Shown here piece by piece: positions 7,428-14,744 of a stretch of DNA of 20,725 bases (positions within the stretch are counted from its first letter, which is position 1; the number at the start of each line of letters is the position of its first letter). Under the pieces are notes generated by a model. It had not been told where the DNA came from. It searched no databases and saw only the letters and a program-made list of their open reading frames with translations. Location of the stretch: the UHGV virus genome UHGV-1517735; one strand, given 5' to 3'. A program made the position numbers and the translations under genes. The DNA comes from a virus.

Positions 7428-8175
7428 GTACGATCGCTTACGTGAGCATGGTGTTGCTGTGCATGAAGAGCGGCGTGACAGCAATGGCAAAAAGGAGCAG
7501 GTTGCTAGAATTTTCAATGAACTATTTGTCCAGTTACAGGCTGCATTTCCTGCAAGCGTTTCGACCATAAGGGAGCAGAACAAACTTAATGAATTCCGTA
7601 AGCAATGGATGCTTGCGTTTCTGGAGAATGGGATCACTACAATGGAACAGGTTAACGCTGGTATGCGCCACGCCCGCGCCAGTGAATCTCCGTTCTGGCC
7701 GTCGCCAGGGCAATTCATCAAGTGGTGCAAAGACAGCAAGATGGTTCTTGGCGTCACCATTGACGATGTGATGGCGGAGTTTCACCGGTACAGCAAGGAA
7801 AAAAGTTTATATCCTGGTGGTCCCGAAAGATTCCCGTGGCGGCATCCGGTTATGTACTGGGTCGTATGTGATACCCGTCGTGCAATGTATCAGCGCCAGC
7901 TTAGCGAGAGTGAGGTTGAGAAACACGCGCGCAGGCTGCTCGATGATTGGGCGAAAAAGGTGGCTTCCGGACAGCAGATACCCGATCCGGTGATCAGCAT
8001 ACAGGCAAAGCCAGAGCCCATGAGTACACCTCCGGACACAGGGAGAGACGTTTACCATCCACCAGGGCGAAGTTTCGGGTGCATGCCTAACGCCGCCACC
8101 CTTGGGGGAATAACACCGGCGCAGTGGCTGATGGAGGAATACAGGCGGGGAAAGGCGGCAGGATTTATCAAGTAA
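7399..8175 (+). CDS. Lambda P-like replication protein (helicase loader)
   Basis: 258-aa ORF; AFPASVSTIREQNKLNEFRKQWMLAFLENGITTMEQVNAGMRHARASESPFWPSPGQFIKWCK closely matches the conserved core of lambda P as recalled. Confidence 0.88.
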   Translation: MKSTPELLNEYDRLREHGVAVHEERRDSNGKKEQVARIFNELFVQLQAAFPASVSTIREQNKLNEFRKQWMLAFLENGITTMEQVNAGMRHARASESPFWPSPGQFIKWCKDSKMVLGVTIDDVMAEFHRYSKEKSLYPGGPERFPWRHPVMYWVVCDTRRAMYQRQLSESEVEKHARRLLDDWAKKVASGQQIPDPVISIQAKPEPMSTPPDTGRDVYHPPGRSFGCMPNAATLGGITPAQWLMEEYRRGKAAGFIK

Positions 8176-8180
8176 TACCA

Positions 8181-8200
8181 GCGCGATAGCGCATTTTTTT
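8181..8200 (+). terminator. Weak terminator-like hairpin with T7 tract after the P-like gene
   Basis: GCGC GATA GCGC followed by ATTTTTTT. Confidence 0.35.
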
Positions 8201-8212
8201 ACGCCTCGATAA

Positions 8213-8289
8213 TTACCTGTTAGGTAACAAAATATTATAAACTCTATTGATTTCATGTCTTATGTGGTTTTTAATTACCTCAGAGGTAA
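8213..8289 (+). promoter_or_regulatory. Operator-flanked promoter for the downstream operon
   Basis: TTACC-TGTTA-GGTAA (8213-8227) and TTACC-TCAGA-GGTAA (8275-8289); -35 TTGATT (8247-8252), 17-bp spacer, -10 TTTAAT (8270-8275); same layout as the PL-like promoter. Confidence 0.55.
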
Positions 8290-8292
8290 ATC

Positions 8293-8637
8293 ATGAGAAA
8301 ACAGATACAGGCTCTTGGTCGACTCAAAACAGGCCAGATGAACAAAACTGAATCTGCGTATTGCCAGCACCTTGAGCTGCGTAAACGTGCAGGGGAAATC
8401 GCCTGGTATCGATTCGAGGGTATCAAGCTGCGGTTAGCTGACAACACGTTCTATACGCCAGATTTCGCTGTGATGCTCGCCACCGGAGAGATGGAACTGC
8501 ACGAAGTGAAAGGTTTCTGGACCGACGACGCCAGGGTGAAAACCAAAGTCGCCGCAGATCAGTATCCGTTCCGAATCATCGGGGTAACGGTTAAACCAAA
8601 GAAAGCAGGTGGTGGCTGGAACATCGAAGAGTTCTGA
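8293..8637 (+). CDS. DUF1064-like phage protein (putative PD-(D/E)XK-fold nuclease/resolvase)
   Basis: 114-aa ORF; YTPDFAV...ELHEVKG...KTKVAADQYP pattern as recalled for DUF1064; RBS GAGGT. Confidence 0.7.
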   Translation: MRKQIQALGRLKTGQMNKTESAYCQHLELRKRAGEIAWYRFEGIKLRLADNTFYTPDFAVMLATGEMELHEVKGFWTDDARVKTKVAADQYPFRIIGVTVKPKKAGGGWNIEEF

Positions 8638-8698
8638 ATCGACGATCTTTTTAGTTATCAATGTAATCAATAAGTTATGTGGATAAGCGAGGGTAAAG

Positions 8699-9262
8699 AT
8701 GGAAAGTAATATCAAAGGGTTAGTTGCCGCCGGGCATGAGATGGCTTCGGAACTGAAAGCAGAATGTGGTGCCGTTGATATGCGCAGTGTGGCAAAGCTG
8801 ATCAGCGATTTGGCAACGCAACTGGAAGTGCAACTGGTGCGTGCTAATGCGCTGGCCGAAGACCACCAGAGAGCGACTGAGTCAATTAAGCAGGCTGATT
8901 CGGCTGTTAAGTTGGCGCACGAGAAGTTTTCGGTGCTGGCGGCGGAGAATGCGGGGCTGAAGTCTGGCGCAATGGACGAAATCAAGGTTATCAACCGTGG
9001 AGGGCAGGCATATTGCGTAAAAGATGGAGTGCAAGTTAATCCCATGTATGCAAGAGGGTGGAATGACTATCGCGCAAAGTCTCTGCAATCAGACACCCCG
9101 GCCACCGACGCATTCCTTGCTGAAATTGAACGCAAAGCAATCCGCAAGTTCATTAACAGCATTGAACACATCCTGCGTGACAAGTTGTCACCGTATGACA
9201 CCGAAGAGATGCTTGAAGCTATGCGTATTTTTCTGGAAGAACAGGGAGGTGAGCAAAAATGA
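8699..9262 (+). CDS. Hypothetical protein (187 aa), first gene of accessory operon
   Basis: RBS GCGAGGG before ATG 8699; coiled-coil-like N-terminal half; no recognisable domain. Confidence 0.7.
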   Translation: MESNIKGLVAAGHEMASELKAECGAVDMRSVAKLISDLATQLEVQLVRANALAEDHQRATESIKQADSAVKLAHEKFSVLAAENAGLKSGAMDEIKVINRGGQAYCVKDGVQVNPMYARGWNDYRAKSLQSDTPATDAFLAEIERKAIRKFINSIEHILRDKLSPYDTEEMLEAMRIFLEEQGGEQK

Positions 9263-9564
9263 CGATCACAAAACAACGGGTAGAAGAAATCATATCCCGC
9301 ATTGAAATGTATGGGCATGGCGCAGGGTATACCGCCGAAGAGGTTTATGACCTGGCTGTACTGGCGCTGAATTTATCAAATATCGCAAACCTGAAGCGAT
9401 ACGAGCTTGATATGGGTGGTTGTGACTCGTGCGGTCAGGATTGTGGCGCTGACATGACTGAAGATTCTGATGGCGATTATGTCCTGTTTGATGACGTAGT
9501 TAAGTTGTTTGAGTTTGATACATTCGAAAGCCCAGCAAAGGAGGCAACCAGTGAGCGAAATTAA
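9259..9564 (+). CDS. Hypothetical acidic protein (101 aa) with CDSCGQDC motif
   Basis: ATG overlaps upstream stop (ATGA); no recognisable domain. Confidence 0.6.
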   Translation: MTITKQRVEEIISRIEMYGHGAGYTAEEVYDLAVLALNLSNIANLKRYELDMGGCDSCGQDCGADMTEDSDGDYVLFDDVVKLFEFDTFESPAKEATSERN

Positions 9565-10249
9565 TTACCAGGCACTGCGTGAGGCGGCGGAACGTGCAAT
9601 TCCGGCAATGGAACGCCTGTTAATGTTGCTAGTTGATGATGCTCTGATAAGTGAACAGGAACTTAAAGATTACGGTGTGGATATTGATGCGCTCAACGCC
9701 TTCAAATTTCTGGCCGGACCAGAAACCGTGCTGGCGCTTCTGGATGAACGGGAAAGAAACCAGCAATACATCAAACGCCGCGACCAGGAGAACGAGGAGA
9801 TTGCGCTAACGGTAGGGAAACTGCGTGTTGAGCTTGAAGCAGCAAAATCAAAACTCAACGAGCAGCGTGAATATTACGAGGGAGTAATCGCGGATGGAAG
9901 TAAGCGTATTGCTGAACTGGAGAAAAGCGAAGAGCAACTCATCAATGAGCGTGACCATGCTGAGTCTGCTTTAGATGATATGTACTTTGCAGCAACCGGT
10001 AACAGGCCGGAGTGGAGCAACTGGTTCGGCTTTTCAGATGCTGTCGATGCCGTGGTTGACAGAATTGCTGATTTAGAAGCTAAACAGTCATCGCCAGTAG
10101 TGCCGGAAGGACTGGTTAAAGCAGTGCGCTTCTATGAGCAGGTTAAGCGTGAAAATCCGCCAGTCGAAACCGGAGCATGGAAAGACGCTGTTGACTGGGT
10201 GCTCAAAGAGGCCTGCCAGGTTGTAAACATTGGTACCAAAGGAGATTGA
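9551..10249 (+). CDS. Hypothetical coiled-coil protein (232 aa)
   Basis: GTG at 9551 preceded by AAGGAGG; long heptad-like central region; C-terminal PVVPE module shared with the next gene. Confidence 0.6.
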   Translation: MSEINYQALREAAERAIPAMERLLMLLVDDALISEQELKDYGVDIDALNAFKFLAGPETVLALLDERERNQQYIKRRDQENEEIALTVGKLRVELEAAKSKLNEQREYYEGVIADGSKRIAELEKSEEQLINERDHAESALDDMYFAATGNRPEWSNWFGFSDAVDAVVDRIADLEAKQSSPVVPEGLVKAVRFYEQVKRENPPVETGAWKDAVDWVLKEACQVVNIGTKGD

Positions 10250-10250
10250 T

Positions 10251-10631
10251 ATGAGCACTTTTACCGACAAAGAACTGATTAAAGAAATCAAAGAGCGCAT
10301 AGGCAGTCTGGACGTGCGAGACGATATTGAGCGCCGTGCTTATGAAATTGCTCTGGCATCACTGGAAGCAGAGCCGGTGGCGTGGCTTCATTCAGACAAT
10401 GGCTTAGGTATTCCGGCAATAACGAGGAGTAAAAACATTGCTGACAGTTGGTTATCAAAGGGTTGGTATGTTCAGCCGCTATATATAGCCAAGCCAGTGC
10501 CAGTAGTACCGGAAGAAAAACCAATGCCGAACCCTCTTAGCATGTACGCGGTTGATGCTGTTGCCGCTATTGCAGAGGTGAGAGGCTGGAACGCCTGCCG
10601 TGCCGTCATGCTTCAGGGAGATAAATCATGA
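10251..10631 (+). CDS. Hypothetical protein (126 aa), shares C-terminal PVVPE module with upstream gene
   Basis: ATG 10251 preceded by AAGGAG; AKPVPVVPEE parallels AKQSSPVVPEG in the upstream protein. Confidence 0.65.
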   Translation: MSTFTDKELIKEIKERIGSLDVRDDIERRAYEIALASLEAEPVAWLHSDNGLGIPAITRSKNIADSWLSKGWYVQPLYIAKPVPVVPEEKPMPNPLSMYAVDAVAAIAEVRGWNACRAVMLQGDKS

Positions 10632-11245
10632 TTAATCGTACCAAGCTGGAGCACATCCTCGAATATGCCAGACAGCAGAGGCGCTTTGGTCAGCATTGCA
10701 AAATTCCGCCAGGAGATATGGTTGAAATCGTGGAAATGGCCATGCGTAAGGCTGGCAACCCTCATGTAACCCCGGCTCGCCTGCCTGGTGGTTTCACCAT
10801 TGAGGATGCGAAGGCGTTACATGAAGACCTGGTACGCAGCCACATAAGCCAGGCTTTAAGTGGCGAAAATATGAAAAAGAACGATCGCGATGCTGATTTG
10901 CGCTGGATTCATGGCGTAATAGTTCAGGCAGCGTGGTTTGTAAAAGCATCACTGGAGCAAAATGCGCTATCGGGCAACTCTCCGGTAACTCCGGATGGTT
11001 GGGTTATAGTGCCGAAGAAACTAACCGCTGAGAACGGCGCTAAGGGTGTGCTATCCGGTGAATTTTCAGAAACTACGTTTATAAGCTGCCCGGAATGCTT
11101 TGGCGATGATGATTGCGATACCTGTGACGGGAGCGGACGAATTGAAATTAAAGTACCAGTCACGTGGACGACCATAAAATCCATCTGGGATAAAGGTATT
11201 GCGCATTTTGCAGCAAAACCGCCGCAGGAGGTTAACCGTGGCTAA
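10628..11245 (+). CDS. Hypothetical protein with DnaJ-type zinc-finger motif (205 aa)
   Basis: CPECFGDDDCDTCDGSG fits the CxxCxG...CxxCxGxG pattern of DnaJ cysteine-rich domains; start overlaps upstream stop. Confidence 0.7.
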   Translation: MINRTKLEHILEYARQQRRFGQHCKIPPGDMVEIVEMAMRKAGNPHVTPARLPGGFTIEDAKALHEDLVRSHISQALSGENMKKNDRDADLRWIHGVIVQAAWFVKASLEQNALSGNSPVTPDGWVIVPKKLTAENGAKGVLSGEFSETTFISCPECFGDDDCDTCDGSGRIEIKVPVTWTTIKSIWDKGIAHFAAKPPQEVNRG

Positions 11246-11519
11246 CCTGCAACTTGCCGTCAAAGGTGAATACTTCGATGCCATGATTCGCGGGGAGAAA
11301 ACGGAAGAGTATCGCCTGTGTAATGACTACTGGAAAAAGCGCCTCGTTAACCGTAAGCATGACCGCCTGATTATCACAAAGGGATATCCGAAGCGCGACG
11401 ATTCCAGCCGCAGAATAGACGTCCCGTATGAAGGGTATGAAATCAAGACAATCACACATCCGCACTTCGGCGATAAACCGGTAAAGGTGTTCGCGATAAA
11501 GGTAAATATTGATGGCTAA
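11238..11519 (+). CDS. ASCH-domain-like protein (93 aa)
   Basis: GTG at 11238 preceded by AGGAGG; LQLAVKGEYFDAMIRGEKTEEYR resembles the ASCH N-terminal strand-turn motif. Confidence 0.6.
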   Translation: MANLQLAVKGEYFDAMIRGEKTEEYRLCNDYWKKRLVNRKHDRLIITKGYPKRDDSSRRIDVPYEGYEIKTITHPHFGDKPVKVFAIKVNIDG

Positions 11520-11850
11520 ATCAGCAGCAGAGCGCAAAGCCGCTCAGAGAGCCAGACAAGCTGCATCTGGTGTGCGTAAACTGGAGATTGTGCTTGATGC
11601 TCAGGAAATTGAAATGCTGGAGCGTAACTGTGCCACGCGTCGCCCCGGGCGTGCGCCTTACGAATTTGGTGAGTATATAGCGTTACTGATCCGCCAGGAT
11701 GATGCACGCGTGCGCGGGCGTATAAAATCGATCAGCAGAAAACGTTGCGGTAAGTGCGGAGAGAGAGTTCCAGTTAATTCATGCCCGTGTAATGGTGACT
11801 CGCAATGCTGGGTGACTAAAGGCTGGCATGAAACGAAATTAATAGTGTGA
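11512..11850 (+). CDS. Cys-rich zinc-finger protein (112 aa), candidate late-gene regulator
   Basis: Basic N-terminal segment; C-terminal CGKCG...CPCNGDSQC; last gene before the terminator and operators upstream of terminase. Confidence 0.6.
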   Translation: MAKSAAERKAAQRARQAASGVRKLEIVLDAQEIEMLERNCATRRPGRAPYEFGEYIALLIRQDDARVRGRIKSISRKRCGKCGERVPVNSCPCNGDSQCWVTKGWHETKLIV

Positions 11851-11858
11851 CATGTCAC
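11847..11858. repeat. Perfect 12-bp palindrome GTGACATGTCAC (copy 1)
   Basis: Overlaps the stop of the 11512-11850 gene; second copy at 14111-14122. Confidence 0.5.
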
Positions 11859-11897
11859 GAGTAGATTATGCATGATGAATTTGATGGTTTTGAATAC

Positions 11898-11925
11898 TGC
11901 CGCCAACTATGGCGGCTTTATTTTG
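11898..11925 (+). terminator. Rho-independent terminator upstream of terminase genes (tR-prime-like position)
   Basis: GCCGCC / GGCGGC stem with AACTAT loop, followed by TTTATTTTG. Confidence 0.65.
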
Positions 11926-11934
11926 CATGGTACT

Positions 11935-11967
11935 ATTACCACAACGGTAACTATTACCACGGTGGTT
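11935..11967. promoter_or_regulatory. Two operator-like palindromes immediately upstream of the terminase small subunit
   Basis: TTACC-ACAAC-GGTAA (11935-11949) and TTACC-ACGGT-GGTTA (11953-11967), the second abutting the start codon. Confidence 0.5.
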
Positions 11968-12564
11968 ATGATGCCTGCTGAACCTAAAACCTATAAACGC
12001 AAATCAACGCAATTTAAGCCACTAACAGCAATGCAGGAGGCTTATTGCCAGTCATACATCAAAACGCCTGAAAACCAGACTCAGGCAGCGATTAATGCAG
12101 GATTCTCCCCAAATACAGCGGCAGTTAAAGCCAGTGTCATGATGCGCGATGAACGCATTCAAAAACGGATTGCCGAGTTGATGGAGGAGCGCAACAAACG
12201 AATGCGCGTCAGTGCTGATTACGTTCTCATGCGCCTGGTGGAGATCGACCAGATGGACGTGATCGACATCCTCAACGACGATGGGAGCCTTAAGCCAATC
12301 CGCGAGTGGCCGAAAATCTGGCGCACTACGCTTAGTGGCTTTGATCTGTCATCGACCATCATGAACATGAACGAGGATTCGATAGAGACAATCCTCAAAA
12401 AAATTAAATGGCCTGACAAGGTGAAGAACCTCGAACTGATTGGTAAGCACGTCGACGTCAACGCATTCAAAGAACGCCTGGATGTTAATGTGAATGTGAC
12501 AATTGCTGATCGCATAGCAGCAGCCAGGAAGCGACTCAAAGAACGTCAGGATGGCAATCAGTGA
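11968..12564 (+). CDS. Terminase small subunit (start uncertain; upstream in-frame ATGs rejected because they span the terminator)
   Basis: HTH-like segment TQAAINAGFSPNTAAVKASVMMRDERIQKRI typical of small terminase subunits; directly upstream of and overlapping the large subunit. Confidence 0.7.
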   Translation: MMPAEPKTYKRKSTQFKPLTAMQEAYCQSYIKTPENQTQAAINAGFSPNTAAVKASVMMRDERIQKRIAELMEERNKRMRVSADYVLMRLVEIDQMDVIDILNDDGSLKPIREWPKIWRTTLSGFDLSSTIMNMNEDSIETILKKIKWPDKVKNLELIGKHVDVNAFKERLDVNVNVTIADRIAAARKRLKERQDGNQ

Positions 12565-14036
12565 CAGATGCAGCGTTATCTCCTGAAGAGCAGTTGATCG
12601 AGGATATTGCAGGGTTCACTCACGATCCGCTTGGCTATGCCCTCTATGCGTTCCCGTGGGGGGAAGAGGGGACTGAACTGGCACATGCTACCGGCCCACG
12701 TCAGTGGCAGGCCGATGCGTTCCGAGAGATACGTGATCACCTGCAGAATCCAGAGACGCGCTATCAGCCGCTTATGCTGGCACGCGCTTCTGGTCACGGT
12801 ATTGGTAAATCCGCATTCATCTCAATGCTGATCAACTGGGGCATGTCCACTTGCGAGGATTGTAAGGTCGTGGTGACCGCCAACACCGACAACCAGCTAC
12901 GAACGAAGACCTGGCCGGAAATTATCAAGTGGTCGAACCTTGCTATCACGAAAGACTGGTTTACCTGTACTGCTACCGCGATGTACAGCAATGACCCAGG
13001 GCACGACAAGCGGTGGCGGGCTGACGCAATACCCTGGTCTGAGCACAACACTGAGGCATTCGCCGGACTACACAACGAGCGCAAACGCATCATCGTGGTA
13101 TTCGATGAAGCGTCGAACATTGCGGATTTGGTGTGGGAAGTTGCCGAGGGTGCGCTAACGGACGAAGACACTGAGATTATCTGGGTGGCATTCGGAAACC
13201 CGACGCGTAATACCGGACGTTTCCGCGAATGTTTCCGCAAATATAAACACCGCTGGAAAACTGCGCAGATTGACAGCCGGACGGTGGAAGGCACTAACAA
13301 ACAGCAGTTGCAGAAATGGGTTGATGACTACGGGGAAGACAGCGACTTCGTTAAAATCCGTGTGCGCGGCATATTCCCGGATGCATCTGAATTGCAGTTT
13401 ATCCCTACCGGACTTACTGACGAGGCAATGAAACGGGTGGTCACCGCTGCGCAGGTTGCACATGCTCCGGTGATAATCGGCGTTGACCCGGCATACTCAG
13501 GCGTTGATGACGCGGTGATATACCTGCGGCAGGGGCTGCACAGTAAGGTGCTATGGACTGGTAACAAGACCACCGACGATCTGATTATGGCGAAGCGTAT
13601 CGCTGACTTTGAAGACCAGTACCAGGCTGACGCGGTGTTCATCGACTTCGGTTACGGTACCGGTCTGAAGTCAATCGGTGACGGTTGGGGGCGTACATGG
13701 CAACTTGTTCCGTTCGGTGGCGCGTCTACTGATCCGCAGATGCTTAACAAGCGTGGGGAGATGTTCAACTCATGCAAGACATGGCTGAGGCTGGGCGGCA
13801 TGCTGGATGACCAGGAAACAGCGGACGACCTGTCGGCGGCAGAGTACAAAGTTCGCGTGGACGGTAAAATCGTTATCGAACCGAAGGAAGATATCAAGGA
13901 GCGGCTTGGGCGTTCGCCGGGTAAAGGCGATGCGCTACTGCTGACGTTTGCGTTCCCTGTGTCTAAGCGTCTGCGAATTCCCGGGCAGCAGAACCAGCAA
14001 GGCAAGGCCATCACAGATTACGATCCCTATGCTTAA
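12561..14036 (+). CDS. Terminase large subunit
   Basis: 491-aa ORF, GTG start overlapping upstream stop; Walker A ARASGHGIGKSAF, Walker B-like IIVVFDEASNI, C-terminal nuclease-like IGVDPAYSG..D region. Confidence 0.92.
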   Translation: MTDAALSPEEQLIEDIAGFTHDPLGYALYAFPWGEEGTELAHATGPRQWQADAFREIRDHLQNPETRYQPLMLARASGHGIGKSAFISMLINWGMSTCEDCKVVVTANTDNQLRTKTWPEIIKWSNLAITKDWFTCTATAMYSNDPGHDKRWRADAIPWSEHNTEAFAGLHNERKRIIVVFDEASNIADLVWEVAEGALTDEDTEIIWVAFGNPTRNTGRFRECFRKYKHRWKTAQIDSRTVEGTNKQQLQKWVDDYGEDSDFVKIRVRGIFPDASELQFIPTGLTDEAMKRVVTAAQVAHAPVIIGVDPAYSGVDDAVIYLRQGLHSKVLWTGNKTTDDLIMAKRIADFEDQYQADAVFIDFGYGTGLKSIGDGWGRTWQLVPFGGASTDPQMLNKRGEMFNSCKTWLRLGGMLDDQETADDLSAAEYKVRVDGKIVIEPKEDIKERLGRSPGKGDALLLTFAFPVSKRLRIPGQQNQQGKAITDYDPYA

Positions 14037-14077
14037 TCCGCTTGAGGGGATAATGTCGTTGATATCCTCTGATGAGG

Positions 14078-14106
14078 ATAAAACAAAGCCAGCTCATCGG
14101 CTGGCT
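14078..14106 (-). terminator. Rho-independent terminator downstream of the minus-strand cargo ORF
   Basis: AGCCAGC / GCTGGCT stem with 6-nt loop, followed on the minus strand by TTTGTTTTAT. Confidence 0.5.
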
Positions 14107-14109
14107 GTT

Positions 14110-14123
14110 TGTGACATGTCACA
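14110..14123. repeat. 14-bp palindrome TGTGACATGTCACA (copy 2 of GTGACATGTCAC)
   Basis: Identical 12-bp core to 11847-11858; lies between the cargo ORF stop and its terminator. Confidence 0.5.
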
Positions 14124-14126
14124 GCG

Positions 14127-14546
14127 TTACTTAATGGCATCAAATCCAGCGTTGATGGCTTCCGCAATATTGATGGCACTTGTTTTATCGAATTGCCTAT
14201 TCTGAATAAGCGCCGCATGCAGGCATTGTAACTTCATGTTGTATAAGTGTTCGCTCATGTAATCATTATCACTTTTTGTTTTAGCGCAAACAGAGCGAGA
14301 AATATCAAACACATCGCCTTTTTCCATTTCAGAACGTTGTGCTGTTATCCAGTCATGGAACGTAACGCTAGTACCATGGTCTTCGCTAAGAGTTAACCCG
14401 GCCAGTCCCTCACTCTGAATTACTTCGTAATGCATTTCATTACCAGCAAAAACGCCATAAAAAATGCAGTCTTCAGCCTGAACGATACGAGAATATTTTA
14501 ATGGCCATTCATTTAGATACTTAGCCAACATATCAATTGTCTTCAT
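14127..14546 (-). CDS. Hypothetical cargo/moron protein (139 aa), opposite strand to flanking late genes
   Basis: ORF with RBS AAGGTGA; AT-rich codon usage unlike neighbours; own terminator; no domain recognised, no predicted TM segment. Confidence 0.7.
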   Translation of the reverse strand: MKTIDMLAKYLNEWPLKYSRIVQAEDCIFYGVFAGNEMHYEVIQSEGLAGLTLSEDHGTSVTFHDWITAQRSEMEKGDVFDISRSVCAKTKSDNDYMSEHLYNMKLQCLHAALIQNRQFDKTSAINIAEAINAGFDAIK

Positions 14547-14552
14547 GATCTC

Positions 14553-14580
14553 ACCTTAAAAAAATGCCCGGCGAACCGGG
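14553..14580 (-). terminator. Terminator-like hairpin immediately upstream of the cargo ORF RBS
   Basis: GCCCGG / CCGGGC stem with TTCG-type loop followed on the minus strand by ATTTTTTT, then AAGGTGAGATC-ATG. Confidence 0.55.
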
Positions 14581-14657
14581 CGAACTGGAAGCAATGAGTT
14601 ATGCCTTCCGTGGTTGTACTGGTTTACAGCATGAAGTCATCGCAATGGCGTCCTGCT

Positions 14658-14701
14658 GTAAAAAGGGCGGTGATAGTTCTTCAAGGGAAACCATCACCGC
14701 C
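14658..14701 (-). terminator. Possible terminator hairpin downstream of the tRNA
   Basis: 9-bp stem GGCGGTGAT / ATCACCGCC with 18-nt loop, followed on the minus strand by CTTTTTA. Confidence 0.35.
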
Positions 14702-14744
14702 AAGCCCCTGGAACTTCTGGCATCACGGTCCTTAGGCGTGATTC

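Noticed and set aside
8678-8686. Perfect DnaA box (TTATCCACA on the minus strand) upstream of the 8699 gene
   Set aside because: Single isolated 9-mer with no clustered boxes or adjacent AT-rich unwinding element; chance occurrence is plausible.
11846-11859. Reading the GTGACATGTCAC palindrome as a CRP site
   Set aside because: CRP needs TGTGA-N6-TCACA; here the spacer is 4 bp, so the geometry is wrong.
11872-11967. N-terminal extension of the terminase small subunit from the upstream ATGs
   Set aside because: The extension would contain a strong intrinsic terminator and two operator palindromes, and encodes a low-complexity Thr/Val/Ile peptide; the start at 11968 is preferred.
12794-13300. 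Antisense ORFs inside terminase, portal and scaffold genes (for example 12794-13300, 16286-17023, 17574-18155 on the minus strand)
   Set aside because: Fully embedded antisense to well-supported long genes, with low-complexity products; typical shadow ORFs.
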